From Actinobacteria bacterium UBA7524 (GTDB lineage Bacteria; Actinomycetota; Coriobacteriia; Anaerosomatales; UBA912), in NCBI GenBank assembly GCA_002478275.1, contig DLMY01000009.1, forward strand, positions 3,161-67,160: a stretch of 64,000 nt of DNA. Direction: 5' to 3'. Under the pieces are notes generated by a model, which was not told where the DNA came from, ran no database searches, and saw only the letters and a program-made list of their open reading frames with translations. The translations under genes and the position numbers were made by a program. Of this stretch, positions 32,402 through 42,026 are shown piece by piece (the stretch's first letter is position 1; each line of letters opens with the position of its first letter).

Positions 32402-32440
32402 TGTGACCCACGTTGCAGAAAAACTGTGACGAATCCCACA
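32402..32440. promoter_or_regulatory. Two CRP/Rex-like boxes (TGTGA-N6-TTGCA at 32402; TGTGA-N6-CCACA at 32425)
   Basis: Near matches to TGTGA-N6-TCACA in the divergent sortase/riboswitch promoter region. Confidence 0.45.
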
Positions 32441-32515
32441 AATGGGCCTAATGATTCCGAACGGGATGCCGATAAGAGAGATGTAGGGATTTGAGAACTG
32501 CACAGAGGGACCAGC

Positions 32516-32616
32516 TCCCCGAAAAAGGCACAGCTCACCGAAAGGCGAGTGTCGCAAAGTCACGGGTCTACCGGAGGCCGTAAGAGACCTCCCACGACAG
32601 CCGGACTGCCGGGTAC
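32516..32616 (+). ncRNA. c-di-GMP-I (GEMM) riboswitch
   Basis: GGCACA-GCTCACC-GAAA-GGCGAGT-GTCGCAAAG-TCACGGGTCTA...GACAGCCGGACTGCCG follows the GEMM consensus (P2 GNRA loop, CGCAAAG junction, P3 receptor). Confidence 0.85.
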
Positions 32617-32635
32617 GAAGCCGGTCGCAGAAGCG

Positions 32636-32680
32636 GCCCGGATCCACCCAGCACTTTGAAGGGAGGAGCCGGGCTCTTTG
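32636..32680 (+). terminator. Candidate terminator / expression platform of the riboswitch
   Basis: Imperfect stem GCCCGGATCCACCC...GGGAGGAGCCGGGC followed by TCTTTG. Confidence 0.45.
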
Positions 32681-32713
32681 TGCGAACGAGGCTCGTACCA
32701 AGGGGTGTTGGAG

Positions 32714-33310
32714 ATGAAGACCACAAACCACGCGAGAGTCGCCAGAACGGTAGCTTTGCTTCTGGCCACCTCACTGATCGCAAGCGTCGCGCCCGCCGGC
32801 GCGGCGATCGACGGACCACGGGCCACCCGCTCCTTCACCTCTGGACTCGCCGAAGCGATGCCGCTTGAGGCCACCGAGAAGGTCCCGGTCACAGCCACCC
32901 GTCCTGCGAAGGTCGAGCAGGTCACTCCCAGAGTTCAAGTGAAGGTGGATCCCGCCCCGGCCAGTGTCTCCGTGAGCGGCCAGGCGACGACGGCCAATAG
33001 CACTCCGGTCAAGGCCACCGGAACCGCCTCCAGCACTTCCAGCCTCGCCCGCGCCCGCGCGATCCTGACGGACAGGATCGCCCGCTTCCCGATCCTGAGA
33101 GGGACCACCGTGGAGTTCGGCGACGCGCGCGGGTACCAGGCCATCGCACTGTACAAGAGCGGGCGCATCATCATCAGCCCGACCCACACCGCCTCCCTTG
33201 AGCGAATCATCGACCACGAGATCTGGCACATCATCGACTGGAGGGACAACGGCAGCATCGATTGGGGAGAGAACGTACCGCCGGCCGACTGGAAGCAGTA
33301 CATGAACTAG
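32714..33310 (+). CDS. Secreted protein with Ser/Thr/Ala linker and minimal HExxH zincin-like domain
   Basis: Signal peptide ending AGA-A; low-complexity linker; C-terminal RIIDHEIWHIIDW. Confidence 0.8.
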   Translation: MKTTNHARVARTVALLLATSLIASVAPAGAAIDGPRATRSFTSGLAEAMPLEATEKVPVTATRPAKVEQVTPRVQVKVDPAPASVSVSGQATTANSTPVKATGTASSTSSLARARAILTDRIARFPILRGTTVEFGDARGYQAIALYKSGRIIISPTHTASLERIIDHEIWHIIDWRDNGSIDWGENVPPADWKQYMN

Positions 33311-33385
33311 CAGCAACTCTCCTTGCGCAGCACTCCTCCCAACGAAGTCTTCCCGCAAAGCGATGCCGACCCTCCAGGTCAATGT

Positions 33386-33421
33386 GTGAAGCCCCGGCGG
33401 GGCCCCTCCCCGGGGCTTCAC
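33386..33421 (+). terminator. Hairpin between convergent genes
   Basis: GTGAAGCCCCGG...CCGGGGCTTCAC 12-bp inverted repeat. Confidence 0.55.
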
Positions 33422-33458
33422 TGCATCACGCGACCGGCAACAAGCACGTGAATAGAGA

Positions 33459-33482
33459 GAGGAGCCCCCGTGGGGGCCCCTC
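33459..33482 (-). terminator. Probable terminator of the LPxTG gene
   Basis: On the - strand GAGGGGCCCC-cacg-GGGGCTCCTC followed by TCTCTATT. Confidence 0.5.
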
Positions 33483-33509
33483 GTGTGTGTCCGTGATCGA
33501 TCCGTGTCG

Positions 33510-35492
33510 TTATGCCTTGCGCACCGCCAATCTCAACGTCGCACCAGCCAACGCCGCGAACAGCGCGGCCATGGCCAGCAGCATCGACTCACCGCCGGTG
33601 AAGGGCAGGAACTCTTCGTCCGCCTTCACTGGCTTGACCGTATCGGTCTCGTCCTCAGTGAATGGCACGAAGGGGTTGTCGACCTTCACGGTCGCGTCGT
33701 CTGTGTTGTTCGACAGGTTCTCGTCATCGGGGTGGCTGATGACCACCACGTTATCGATGTCGGTCTCGCCGATCGGCATCGTCGTCTTCACGCGGGCTGT
33801 GTAGCTGATGGTCTGGGGTCCGTCCTCGGCCGCAAGCGGTCCGGGCATCATCCAGGTGATCTTCCCATCCGCCACGATACCTCCCGCCGAATCGATGATG
33901 TCGAGATAGCGCTCATCGTAGTCATCGACGATCAGGTAGTTCGAAGCCGCACCGTCACCGATATTGCGGAACGTGAGCGTATAGACCACGGTCTGTCCCG
34001 GGCTTGCGCTCGACACGCTCGCGACTTTCTCGATCGCGAGATCGGGAGCGGTGAAGGGCTCGAACGGATCTTCGCTGTTACCGAAGATCAGTCCCTCTAT
34101 GGCCGAACCGTTGGAGACCTCGAACGGGTCCTCGGGTCCGACTGTCATGAACCAGCCGTCGCGGTCTTCCTCGGCGACCTTGTAGGAGCCGGGAACGAGT
34201 CCGCTGAAGCTGAATGCTCCACCGTCACCTGTGGTGGTGACTGCGTAGAGGATCTCTTCGATTCCGCCTTCACCCTCAACCAGGCGGTACAGGTAGATGG
34301 TCCAGCCGGCCATGCCGTCCTCGCCATCGTCCCAGATACCATCAGCGTCGGCGTCATCGAACTTGAAGCCGGAGGCGCTTGCTTCATAGTCGAACTCGTT
34401 GAGTTCGTCTTGGAGCAATGTCTCGGGCTCACCGGTACCGAGCAAGATGTGCTCCTCGCCCAGTACTATCCACCAGGACACGGTGATCGTGCTTCCGTGC
34501 GGCAGATCGACCTCACCGACGTAGGGTCCATCGCCGGTCAGCGGGACCTCGATGGTTCCCGATCCCTCAAGCGAGAAGCTTGCATAGAACTCAGCTCCCA
34601 GCGGCGGGGCGTCGAACGTGAGGCTGAAGGACTTGGTGACGTCCTCTTCGGGCTCATCGCATTCCTGGATCGTGTGTGTGAACAACAGGCCGGGCCATTC
34701 ACCCTGACCTGCCCAGGCGGTCTCGCCCTGCTGGCCGTTGGAGACTTCAGCGTGCGCTGCGATGTAGACCGTATCGCCAGGAGCCGCACCGATATCTGCC
34801 AACGGGATGGTGTACGTGAAGGATGTGACTGCCGGATCATGTGTTGTCTGGTAGGGGAACGACCCGGGTGCATAGGACGCCGGGGGAACAAGGCCCACGT
34901 AGAGGTGGGTCAGCCCCATCGTCCATCCACCTGTGGTCGCGAACGTCACGTACAGGTTGTCCGCATCCTGGGTTGCGGAAACAGTACCCACATCGATGTG
35001 CTGGCCCGCCCAGAACGTCGCGATCGTCGTGAGCTCACAGCCCTCGCCGACCACTATCGGAGCGGGGAAATCATCGCGCGGCCCATTGGCCGCCTCGACC
35101 TTACCATCGTCTTCGACCTTGAGCGGAAGAGCGACGACCGGGACCGTCACGGGTGCTACCTCGACGGACTCGGACGCGTCCTTCTCAACCTCGGATTCGA
35201 CGTGAACCTCAGCGGAATCATCTACTGCCTCTTCCGGTACTCTCTCCTTGTCGGGGACCGGGGCCTCTATGACGACCTCGTCCTCCACCGGTACCGGAAC
35301 TGGCTCCTCTTCAACGACCGGATCGGGCTCCGGTGTCTCCGGGGCCAGAACAGTCTCTTCCAGAGGTGCCGCTGGTGTCTCGTCGGCGAAGACGGCAACG
35401 CCTGGGCTCGCAAGTGCGGTGACCAACATGAGTGCCATCGCTACCGACATCACGCGTCCTGCACGGTGCTTACGTACGCTTGCCCACAACAT
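33510..35492 (-). CDS. Sortase-anchored surface protein (LPFTG; SdrD-B-like and DUF11 domains)
   Basis: Signal peptide, Pro/Glu linker, GFKFDDADADGIWDDGE (SdrD-B), PDLAIEK..PGQTVVYTL (DUF11), LPFTG + TM + RKA; AGGAGGTGA RBS. Confidence 0.88.
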   Translation of the reverse strand: MLWASVRKHRAGRVMSVAMALMLVTALASPGVAVFADETPAAPLEETVLAPETPEPDPVVEEEPVPVPVEDEVVIEAPVPDKERVPEEAVDDSAEVHVESEVEKDASESVEVAPVTVPVVALPLKVEDDGKVEAANGPRDDFPAPIVVGEGCELTTIATFWAGQHIDVGTVSATQDADNLYVTFATTGGWTMGLTHLYVGLVPPASYAPGSFPYQTTHDPAVTSFTYTIPLADIGAAPGDTVYIAAHAEVSNGQQGETAWAGQGEWPGLLFTHTIQECDEPEEDVTKSFSLTFDAPPLGAEFYASFSLEGSGTIEVPLTGDGPYVGEVDLPHGSTITVSWWIVLGEEHILLGTGEPETLLQDELNEFDYEASASGFKFDDADADGIWDDGEDGMAGWTIYLYRLVEGEGGIEEILYAVTTTGDGGAFSFSGLVPGSYKVAEEDRDGWFMTVGPEDPFEVSNGSAIEGLIFGNSEDPFEPFTAPDLAIEKVASVSSASPGQTVVYTLTFRNIGDGAASNYLIVDDYDERYLDIIDSAGGIVADGKITWMMPGPLAAEDGPQTISYTARVKTTMPIGETDIDNVVVISHPDDENLSNNTDDATVKVDNPFVPFTEDETDTVKPVKADEEFLPFTGGESMLLAMAALFAALAGATLRLAVRKA

Positions 35493-35726
35493 CGCCGTTC
35501 ACCTCCTCCTCTGTCTCGGGACCTTTGTCTTGGTCCCGTTCGCGTCACCCCTGCCCCTTTCGGGATGACCTGTATTGTTCTCTGAAGATTACGTACCCGA
35601 ACTTAGTCTCTACTAATCTTCTTTCTTCCTGTCTACTAACATCTTGCGACTGCCGCTGTGCTTTCCCGCCTCGACCCCTCACCTCCTATGAGGCTCTCGT
35701 GCGGCGGCCTTCTCCGTCAGAGACAC

Positions 35727-35765
35727 GAAAAGACCGGCCCGCTAGTACAAATGCGGGCCGGTCTC
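35727..35765 (-). terminator. Intrinsic terminator between lon and the LPxTG gene
   Basis: AGACCGGCCCGC-N10-GCGGGCCGGTCT followed by TTTC on the - strand. Confidence 0.75.
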
Positions 35766-35845
35766 ACCATTGACTCAGCACTGGCTTACTGGTGACCGAA
35801 ACACTGACTCCAGTGCGTCCATGTCTCCCGTCTTACACCGAGGAC

Positions 35846-35861
35846 TGTGACGTGCGTCACA
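35846..35861. promoter_or_regulatory. Perfect TGTGA-N6-TCACA box (CRP/GlxR- or Rex-like)
   Basis: TGTGACGTGCGTCACA in the intergenic region, just downstream of a - strand TACTGT -10 candidate (35875-35880). Confidence 0.6.
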
Positions 35862-35960
35862 CTTCCCTGGCAAGACAGTACATACCCCGTGCGGAGAAAA
35901 TGCCACGAAGAATCGGATGCGTAAGGACGAACAGTTGCCGGTCTGTGCAGCGTGCCGCGC

Positions 35961-38336
35961 TCAGCCACGAGTCTTTCGCGCGCGGTTCTTGATCTTCGGT
36001 TTGCACGTGCGGACGAGAGCTTTCTCCAGCACATCATCCATGCTGTCCACAGGGATGATGGAAAGATCCTCGCGGACGTGATCGGGCAGCAGGTCGAGGT
36101 CGCGAACGTTCTCCTTGGGAATCAGGACCGTCGACACGCCCGCCCGATGCGCAGCGAGGAGCTTCTCCTTCAGGCCTCCGATCGGCAACACCCGGCCCCT
36201 GAGCGTGATCTCCCCAGTCATCGCGATGTCGCGACGCACCGGGCACCCCATCAGACAGGAAGCGAGTGCTGTCGCCATCGTGATCCCTGCTGAGGGGCCG
36301 TCTTTAGGGATCGCGGCTGCGGGCACATGGATATGCATGTCGTACTTCTCGTTGAACTCCTCATCGAGGGCTAACTCGGTGGTGCGCGTCCTTATGTATG
36401 AGACCGCCGCCTGGGCAGACTCTCTCATAACATCTCCAAGCTGACCGGTCAGAGTCAGCTTGCCGTTCCCCTTCATCTTGGTCGCCTCGATGAAGATGAC
36501 GTCTCCTCCGACCTCGGTCCACACCAACCCGGTCGCCACTCCGACCTCATCGCGTTCCTCGGCAAGGCCGTACGAGAACTTCGGCGGACCCAGGTACTTG
36601 TGCAACGTCCGTGCGGTGACCCGCGTCTTGCTCTTCTTTCCCTCCACGACCTTGCGAGCGACCTGCCGGGCGATCATCGCGATGGTACGCTCCAGGCCGC
36701 GCACGCCGGCTTCGCGCGTGTACCTGCGCACGATCTCCCTGATCGCGTCGTCCGTGATCTCTAGCTTGCCCGAGGAGAGTCCGTGCTCCCGCAGCTGCTT
36801 GGTGACCAGGTACTGATGCGCGATGTTCGCCTTCTCGTCTTCCGTGTAGCCGGGGAAGTGGATGACTTCCATCCTGTCACGCAATGCGGGCGGTATGGGG
36901 TCGAGTAGATTGGCGGTGGTGATGAACATGGTGTTGGACAGATCGAATGGCGCCTCGAGGTAGTGGTCCTGGAACGCGAAGTTCTGTTCGGGGTCGAGGA
37001 CCTCGAGCAACGCGCTGGTCGGATCGCCCCGGAAGTCCATCCCCACCTTGTCAATCTCGTCCATCATGAACACGGGGTTCTTGGTGCCCGCGGTGGTGAT
37101 CGACTGGATGATGCGGCCGGGCAGTGCACCCACGTACGTCCGCCGGTGTCCCCGTATCTCCGCCTCGTCACGCACACCACCGAGCGACATGCGGATGAAC
37201 TCGCGTCCGAGCGAGCGCGCGATCGACTTGCCGATGGACGTCTTGCCGACGCCCGGAGGTCCGACGAAGCAGAGGATCGGCCCGCGCATCCTGTCGGTAA
37301 GCTTGTGCACGGCCAGGTATTCGAGGACGCGCTCTTTGACCTTCTCCAGTCCGTAATGGTCCTCGTCCAGGATGTTCTGGGCTTCGACGAGGTCGAGTTT
37401 CTCCTCGGACTCCTTGGTCCAGGGCAGCCCTATGAGCCAGTCCAGGTAGGTGCGGATGACCGACGTCTCGGCGCTCGCGGGGGGCATCTTCTCCAGGCGG
37501 CTCAGCTCTTTGAGTGCCTTCTCCTCGACTTCTTCGGGCATCCCGGCTGCGGCGATGCGCTCGCGGTACTCGTCCATCTCCGCCTGTATCTCGTCGTACT
37601 GGCCGAGCTCCTGCTGTATCGCCTTGAGTTGCTCACGGAGGAAGTACTCTCGCTGCGTCTTGGTCATCTGCTCCTTGACCCGGGACTGGATCTTGCTTCC
37701 CAGTTCGAGGATCTCGAGTTCCTTGCGCAGAAAACCCGCTGCCAACTCAAGCCGTTCCCGCGCATCGATGGCCTCGAGGATCTGCTGCTTCTCTTCCACC
37801 TTCAGGTTGAGATGGAATGCTACGAAGTCCGCCAGCCGGCCGGGTTCCTGGATCGTCGAGGCCGCCATGAGGACCTCTTGGGGGATCGGCTTGCCCAGCT
37901 CACCGGCTTTCTCGAAGTCGTTGATGAGCGCCCGCATGAGTGCTTCGAGTTCGACATCGACGTGCGGAGATTCATCGATGAGCTCTACCCTGACCTGGAA
38001 GTAAGGCTCAGACTGGATCCATTCGAGGATCCGTATGCGCTTCTGCCCCTCGACCAGCGCTTTGGCTGTACCGTCCGGGAGCTTGAGTTCTTGCATGATC
38101 GTCGCCACGCAGCCGATCTCGTAGACGTCTTCGGGTCCCGGGTCGGCGAGCTCCGCGTGCTTCTGGGTCACGAGGGCCACCATATGACTCTGGCGCATCG
38201 ACTCTTCAAGGGCGTTGATCGACCGCTCTCTGCCGACGAACAGAGGCACCACGAGATTCGGGAACAGAATGAGGTCCCGAAGCGGGATGAGTGGCAGTAT
38301 GGTGGGTATGGGTTGGACTCCGCTGTGCTCCGACAT
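35961..38336 (-). CDS. lon: ATP-dependent Lon protease
   Basis: LPLIPLRD N-domain, [32 protein letters not shown]; alternative start at 38366. Confidence 0.97.
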   Translation of the reverse strand: MSEHSGVQPIPTILPLIPLRDLILFPNLVVPLFVGRERSINALEESMRQSHMVALVTQKHAELADPGPEDVYEIGCVATIMQELKLPDGTAKALVEGQKRIRILEWIQSEPYFQVRVELIDESPHVDVELEALMRALINDFEKAGELGKPIPQEVLMAASTIQEPGRLADFVAFHLNLKVEEKQQILEAIDARERLELAAGFLRKELEILELGSKIQSRVKEQMTKTQREYFLREQLKAIQQELGQYDEIQAEMDEYRERIAAAGMPEEVEEKALKELSRLEKMPPASAETSVIRTYLDWLIGLPWTKESEEKLDLVEAQNILDEDHYGLEKVKERVLEYLAVHKLTDRMRGPILCFVGPPGVGKTSIGKSIARSLGREFIRMSLGGVRDEAEIRGHRRTYVGALPGRIIQSITTAGTKNPVFMMDEIDKVGMDFRGDPTSALLEVLDPEQNFAFQDHYLEAPFDLSNTMFITTANLLDPIPPALRDRMEVIHFPGYTEDEKANIAHQYLVTKQLREHGLSSGKLEITDDAIREIVRRYTREAGVRGLERTIAMIARQVARKVVEGKKSKTRVTARTLHKYLGPPKFSYGLAEERDEVGVATGLVWTEVGGDVIFIEATKMKGNGKLTLTGQLGDVMRESAQAAVSYIRTRTTELALDEEFNEKYDMHIHVPAAAIPKDGPSAGITMATALASCLMGCPVRRDIAMTGEITLRGRVLPIGGLKEKLLAAHRAGVSTVLIPKENVRDLDLLPDHVREDLSIIPVDSMDDVLEKALVRTCKPKIKNRARKTRG

Positions 38337-38476
38337 CTCGGGAGCGGCTCCTTTCACAGGGGTCATACGACACGCGCAGCCGTGCGATAATCATTCTGCC
38401 CGATTCCTTACCACGATACACGAGCGCATCCTGCCGGATGTGCTGAGAATGGAAGAAGATCCCGGAGCCATGAAGC

Positions 38477-40477
38477 ATGTCTCGTGACGAGAGATTCCAT
38501 AGTCGCGGCGGATCCAGCCGCACGTTACCGCGTGTCCTTCTCGTCACGTCAGTACTTCTGGCCGTCGCGTGTTCGGTCGGGCCCGCACGCAGCCCGGCGG
38601 CTCCGGAAGCCGTGACAGGCCCCGTTTCGCCGGTGACCGTCGATCTCGGACCGGTATCGCTGCCGGTCGATGGGGCCTTCACCATCAAGGTGAGCGTGGA
38701 GGTGAATGAACCCGCCACGTACTTCGAGTCGCGCGTCCAGATACGCCGGCCGGCCGGAAGCCTTCTGTATCAGAAGACCGAGGTCCGCAGCGATCTGGCG
38801 ACCGGCACCATCGATATCGCGTATGCCCGGGAACTCGCCGACCTCGACCTTTCACCAGGCATCTACCCCGTGCAAGTCCGCGTCAGGACCGACACGGGAA
38901 CCGTCAACGAATGGATCGTGGAAGACAGGCTACTGCTCCACGACCCGTCGGACACCCCGACACCGCTGGCGATGATCGTGAAGATCGCCGCGACACCCGC
39001 GACAGACGCCAACGGGCGCTTCGTGGTCGAACCGTCAGCGACCTCCCACGTACGGCAGCAGGCCGAGGAGGTCGCAAGCCTGGTGATCGACAACCCTGGT
39101 GCTCGATTGACCCTCGCCATACCCCCTCTGCTCCTGGAGGAGTGGCTGAAAGCGAGCCAGGGCTACTCTGTCGCCAGGGACGATGGAGCCGCAGAGGTCC
39201 CCGCAGACGACCCTATCGCGCTCGCGCACGCGAACACCCTGGAATTGCTGAAACGGGCACTTGCCACCGGGCGCCTCGAGCTGCTGACCGTGCCCTACGC
39301 CGAACCGGATATCGGGGCGCTCGCCCGAACCGACCGCACGATCGACCTGGGCGACCATTACATGCGCGCGGTCTCGGGCTACCTGGCGACACTGGAGACC
39401 ACACCAGTCGCCGGTACCGCACTGCCCGGAGACACGCTGCCCGCCAGCGCCCGTGCGCTCCTGACCGAGAGAGGCATCTCGTTCGCCGCTCTCCATCCCC
39501 GAAGCCTCGCGTCGTTCGAAGCGACGCCTTCGTCGGGGACCTACCGCGCGGACGGGCTCGACGTGCTGCTGATCGACACGGATGCGTCTGCGGCGATCGA
39601 AGCGGGGGACCCGGATCTCATGGTCGAGCGTCTCTTCGCGCGCCACGTGTCCGATGAAGCGTCCGCCCCTTTGATCGTAGCCGTCGACCTGGGTCCTGGC
39701 CGACCCGCACGCGCTTCAACGGTCACCGAGGTCGCCAGGATGCTGCGCTCCGCACGATGGACACAACCCGTCACCGCCTCGGATTGCACACGGGACGAAC
39801 CGCCCGCCACACTCGAGTTGACCGCATCGGTCTCCCCGGGACCCGGAGCACCACCCGGCTACTGGGAGGAAGTCGCCGACGCCCGACGGTACTCCTCGGC
39901 GTTCCTGAACGCCGTCGGGGTCAACGACCCGGATGCCCAGGCCGCAAACGATGCCTCTCTCATATCCCAGAGCAGCCTGTGGTCGGGACCCGACGGAAGC
40001 TGGGCGATGGCGGATCGCGGGCGAGCGTTCGCTGCGGCGGCCAAGCGCTCCTCGGCCGCGGTTCTCGACTCCATCGGCATCAGCGCGCCGGACATAACCC
40101 TTTCCTCGACGACTGGCGAGGTTCCCGTCTCCGTCACCAACGGCTCGGACAAGAACCTCGAGCTCACCATCTACGCCCAGGGTGACGGTATCCTGCTGCC
40201 CGAGCCGCGACAGACGGTGCGGATCAGGCCACAGGAGAACTTCGTGACCGTACCGGTCGACCTGCAGTCCTCGCTATCGGGGAACCTCAGGGTGCAGATC
40301 CTCGCTGACGACGTGCTCCTCGCCGAGACTGCCAGCCAAGTCCACGCATCCTACCTCGATAGGCTGGTCGTCGTCGGGGGCGTGGCGGTCGTGTTGGTAG
40401 GAATCCTGCTATTCATACGTCACCGGCTACGCGAAAGCCCGCGGGCTGGTACCATTACCGAGCAGGAAGACGTGTAG
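38477..40477 (+). CDS. DUF6049-like actinobacterial exported/membrane-anchored protein
   Basis: N-terminal signal, LTLAIPPLLL, TVPYAEPDI, ITLSSTTGEVPVSVTN, C-terminal TM; context near trxB-trxA. Confidence 0.7.
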   Translation: MSRDERFHSRGGSSRTLPRVLLVTSVLLAVACSVGPARSPAAPEAVTGPVSPVTVDLGPVSLPVDGAFTIKVSVEVNEPATYFESRVQIRRPAGSLLYQKTEVRSDLATGTIDIAYARELADLDLSPGIYPVQVRVRTDTGTVNEWIVEDRLLLHDPSDTPTPLAMIVKIAATPATDANGRFVVEPSATSHVRQQAEEVASLVIDNPGARLTLAIPPLLLEEWLKASQGYSVARDDGAAEVPADDPIALAHANTLELLKRALATGRLELLTVPYAEPDIGALARTDRTIDLGDHYMRAVSGYLATLETTPVAGTALPGDTLPASARALLTERGISFAALHPRSLASFEATPSSGTYRADGLDVLLIDTDASAAIEAGDPDLMVERLFARHVSDEASAPLIVAVDLGPGRPARASTVTEVARMLRSARWTQPVTASDCTRDEPPATLELTASVSPGPGAPPGYWEEVADARRYSSAFLNAVGVNDPDAQAANDASLISQSSLWSGPDGSWAMADRGRAFAAAAKRSSAAVLDSIGISAPDITLSSTTGEVPVSVTNGSDKNLELTIYAQGDGILLPEPRQTVRIRPQENFVTVPVDLQSSLSGNLRVQILADDVLLAETASQVHASYLDRLVVVGGVAVVLVGILLFIRHRLRESPRAGTITEQEDV

Positions 40478-40509
40478 GCGCACGTCACCATAGCACTAAG
40501 GTGGACCGC

Positions 40510-40866
40510 ATGAAACGCATCGTGACGATAGTGCTCGTGGCCGCAGTGGCCCTGACGCTCATCAACGACATCGGAAACTACATAAGAACGGCCTACAGGG
40601 TCGATGAGCTCGCCCTGGAGACGGCGCGCGTCGCGTCGCAGCGCAACCTCACGCGCAGCCAGAACGCAGCGGCTGCCGCGCGATATGCCGCGGAGCACGG
40701 GGCGACCGTCTTCGCCTTCGATCAGAACGAGACCGCCGTACGGGCGTATCTGCAGATGCCCGTCACCGGCACATGGGTCACCGCCCGGCTCTATGGTCTA
40801 CTGGCCGGTGATTCGTCCGAGAACCCGCTGACGGTCAGAGCGGACCGGGGCACGGCCCTCAAGTGA
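40510..40866 (+). CDS. Small N-anchored exported protein (TadE/pilin-like topology)
   Basis: N-terminal hydrophobic helix, long Ala-rich helix, short beta region; TAAGGT 7 nt before the ATG. Confidence 0.65.
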   Translation: MKRIVTIVLVAAVALTLINDIGNYIRTAYRVDELALETARVASQRNLTRSQNAAAAARYAAEHGATVFAFDQNETAVRAYLQMPVTGTWVTARLYGLLAGDSSENPLTVRADRGTALK

Positions 40867-40894
40867 ACCTGATGTCCTCGAACCGGAGCAGTGT

Positions 40895-42022
40895 ATGCGA
40901 ACGATAGTGCTCGATACGAATGTGCTTCTGGCTGATCCAGGAATCCTGTTCAGCTTCCCTGACGCTACTCTGGTCATTCCTGAGACGGTGCTCGGGGAGC
41001 TCGACAAGCTCAAGACCTCACGAGTCGACCCCGATCTGCGCTTCCGTGGCCGAGAGGTCAGCCGGATGCTGTTCGAACTCTCGGAACAAGGCAGCCTGGT
41101 CGAGGGTGTGGAACTGCCGGACGGGGGTTCGCTCAGGGTCGCACCACTCGACCCGGACGTCAGCCTTCCAGAAGGGCTGAACGGCCGCAACGCGGATGAC
41201 CGCATCCTCGCGGTCGCGATACTCACGTGCCAGGAGGATTGTGAGGACCTCACGCTTGTCACCAACGACCTGAACATGCTCCTCAAGGCGCAGGCGTTCG
41301 GTCTGTCGGTGGAGCGGCATGGTGACGGCACCGAAGGGGGCTTCGCGCGGCGTTACATCATCAGGCCTTTCCAGCGCTACAAGATCCCTCTTGGGATCCT
41401 CGCCGTCGCCGTCGCGGTGTTCGCCGCCGTGCTTGTCCTCGCCTTCTATGGATCTCGGTTGTTCGCTCCGGCCACAAGTGCTGTACCCGAAGAATTCCTG
41501 CAGCTGATGAGTACCGAGCAACGTGCCGTGCTCGAAGACCTGCAAGTCCTGGCCGACAACCCGCACGACACGCAGGCATTGCTGGACATGGCCAACTTCT
41601 ACTACGGGCTCAGGGAACAGACCGGCGATCTGAGATGGGGGCGTCAGGCGATCCGCTACTACGAGCGCTACCTTGCGATCGACCCTCAGGACGTGAACGC
41701 CCGCACAGATATGGCCGTACAGCTCTACCTGATAGGGCAGTCCGACAGGGCGATACAGGAAGTCTCGGCGGCGCTTGAGATAGAACCCACACACGTCAAC
41801 GCCAACTACAACCTCGGCGTGTTCTACTGGAAGGCCCGCAAAGACTATCCTGGGGCCGAAGCTCAATTCCTCAGAATACTGGATCTCACGAGTACCGCCC
41901 CGGACGCACCGGATCACGCGGTACGCCAGCAGGCGCTCGCGAGCCTGGAGCAGCTACGCGCCGAGGCAGACGCAGCGGGAGTACCTTTATCGACGGAGAC
42001 GACGCAGGGAGGCACGTTCTAG
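40895..42022 (+). CDS. PIN-domain (PhoH2-type) ribonuclease fused to a TM helix and TPR domain
   Basis: VLDTNVLL, GELDKLK, ADDRILAVA, LVTNDLNM; TM IPLGILAVAVAVFAAVLVLAFYG; TPR motifs (AIRYYERYLAIDP, ALEIEPTHVNANYNLG). Confidence 0.85.
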   Translation: MRTIVLDTNVLLADPGILFSFPDATLVIPETVLGELDKLKTSRVDPDLRFRGREVSRMLFELSEQGSLVEGVELPDGGSLRVAPLDPDVSLPEGLNGRNADDRILAVAILTCQEDCEDLTLVTNDLNMLLKAQAFGLSVERHGDGTEGGFARRYIIRPFQRYKIPLGILAVAVAVFAAVLVLAFYGSRLFAPATSAVPEEFLQLMSTEQRAVLEDLQVLADNPHDTQALLDMANFYYGLREQTGDLRWGRQAIRYYERYLAIDPQDVNARTDMAVQLYLIGQSDRAIQEVSAALEIEPTHVNANYNLGVFYWKARKDYPGAEAQFLRILDLTSTAPDAPDHAVRQQALASLEQLRAEADAAGVPLSTETTQGGTF

Positions 42023-42026
42023 CCAT

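Noticed and set aside
35510-35575. Possible second degenerate c-di-GMP-I aptamer on the - strand (CCC-GAAA-GGG...GACGCGAA CGGGACCAA)
   Set aside because: No GGCAAA 5' strand and no AGCCGG..UGCC 3' strand, so P2/P3 cannot be built convincingly; kept only as part of the leader finding.
33483-35585. 700-aa + strand ORF and other long antisense ORFs (e.g. 12393-14450, 25979-27484, 36963-38390)
   Set aside because: Shadow ORFs from high-GC codon bias opposite clear genes; no recognisable motifs.
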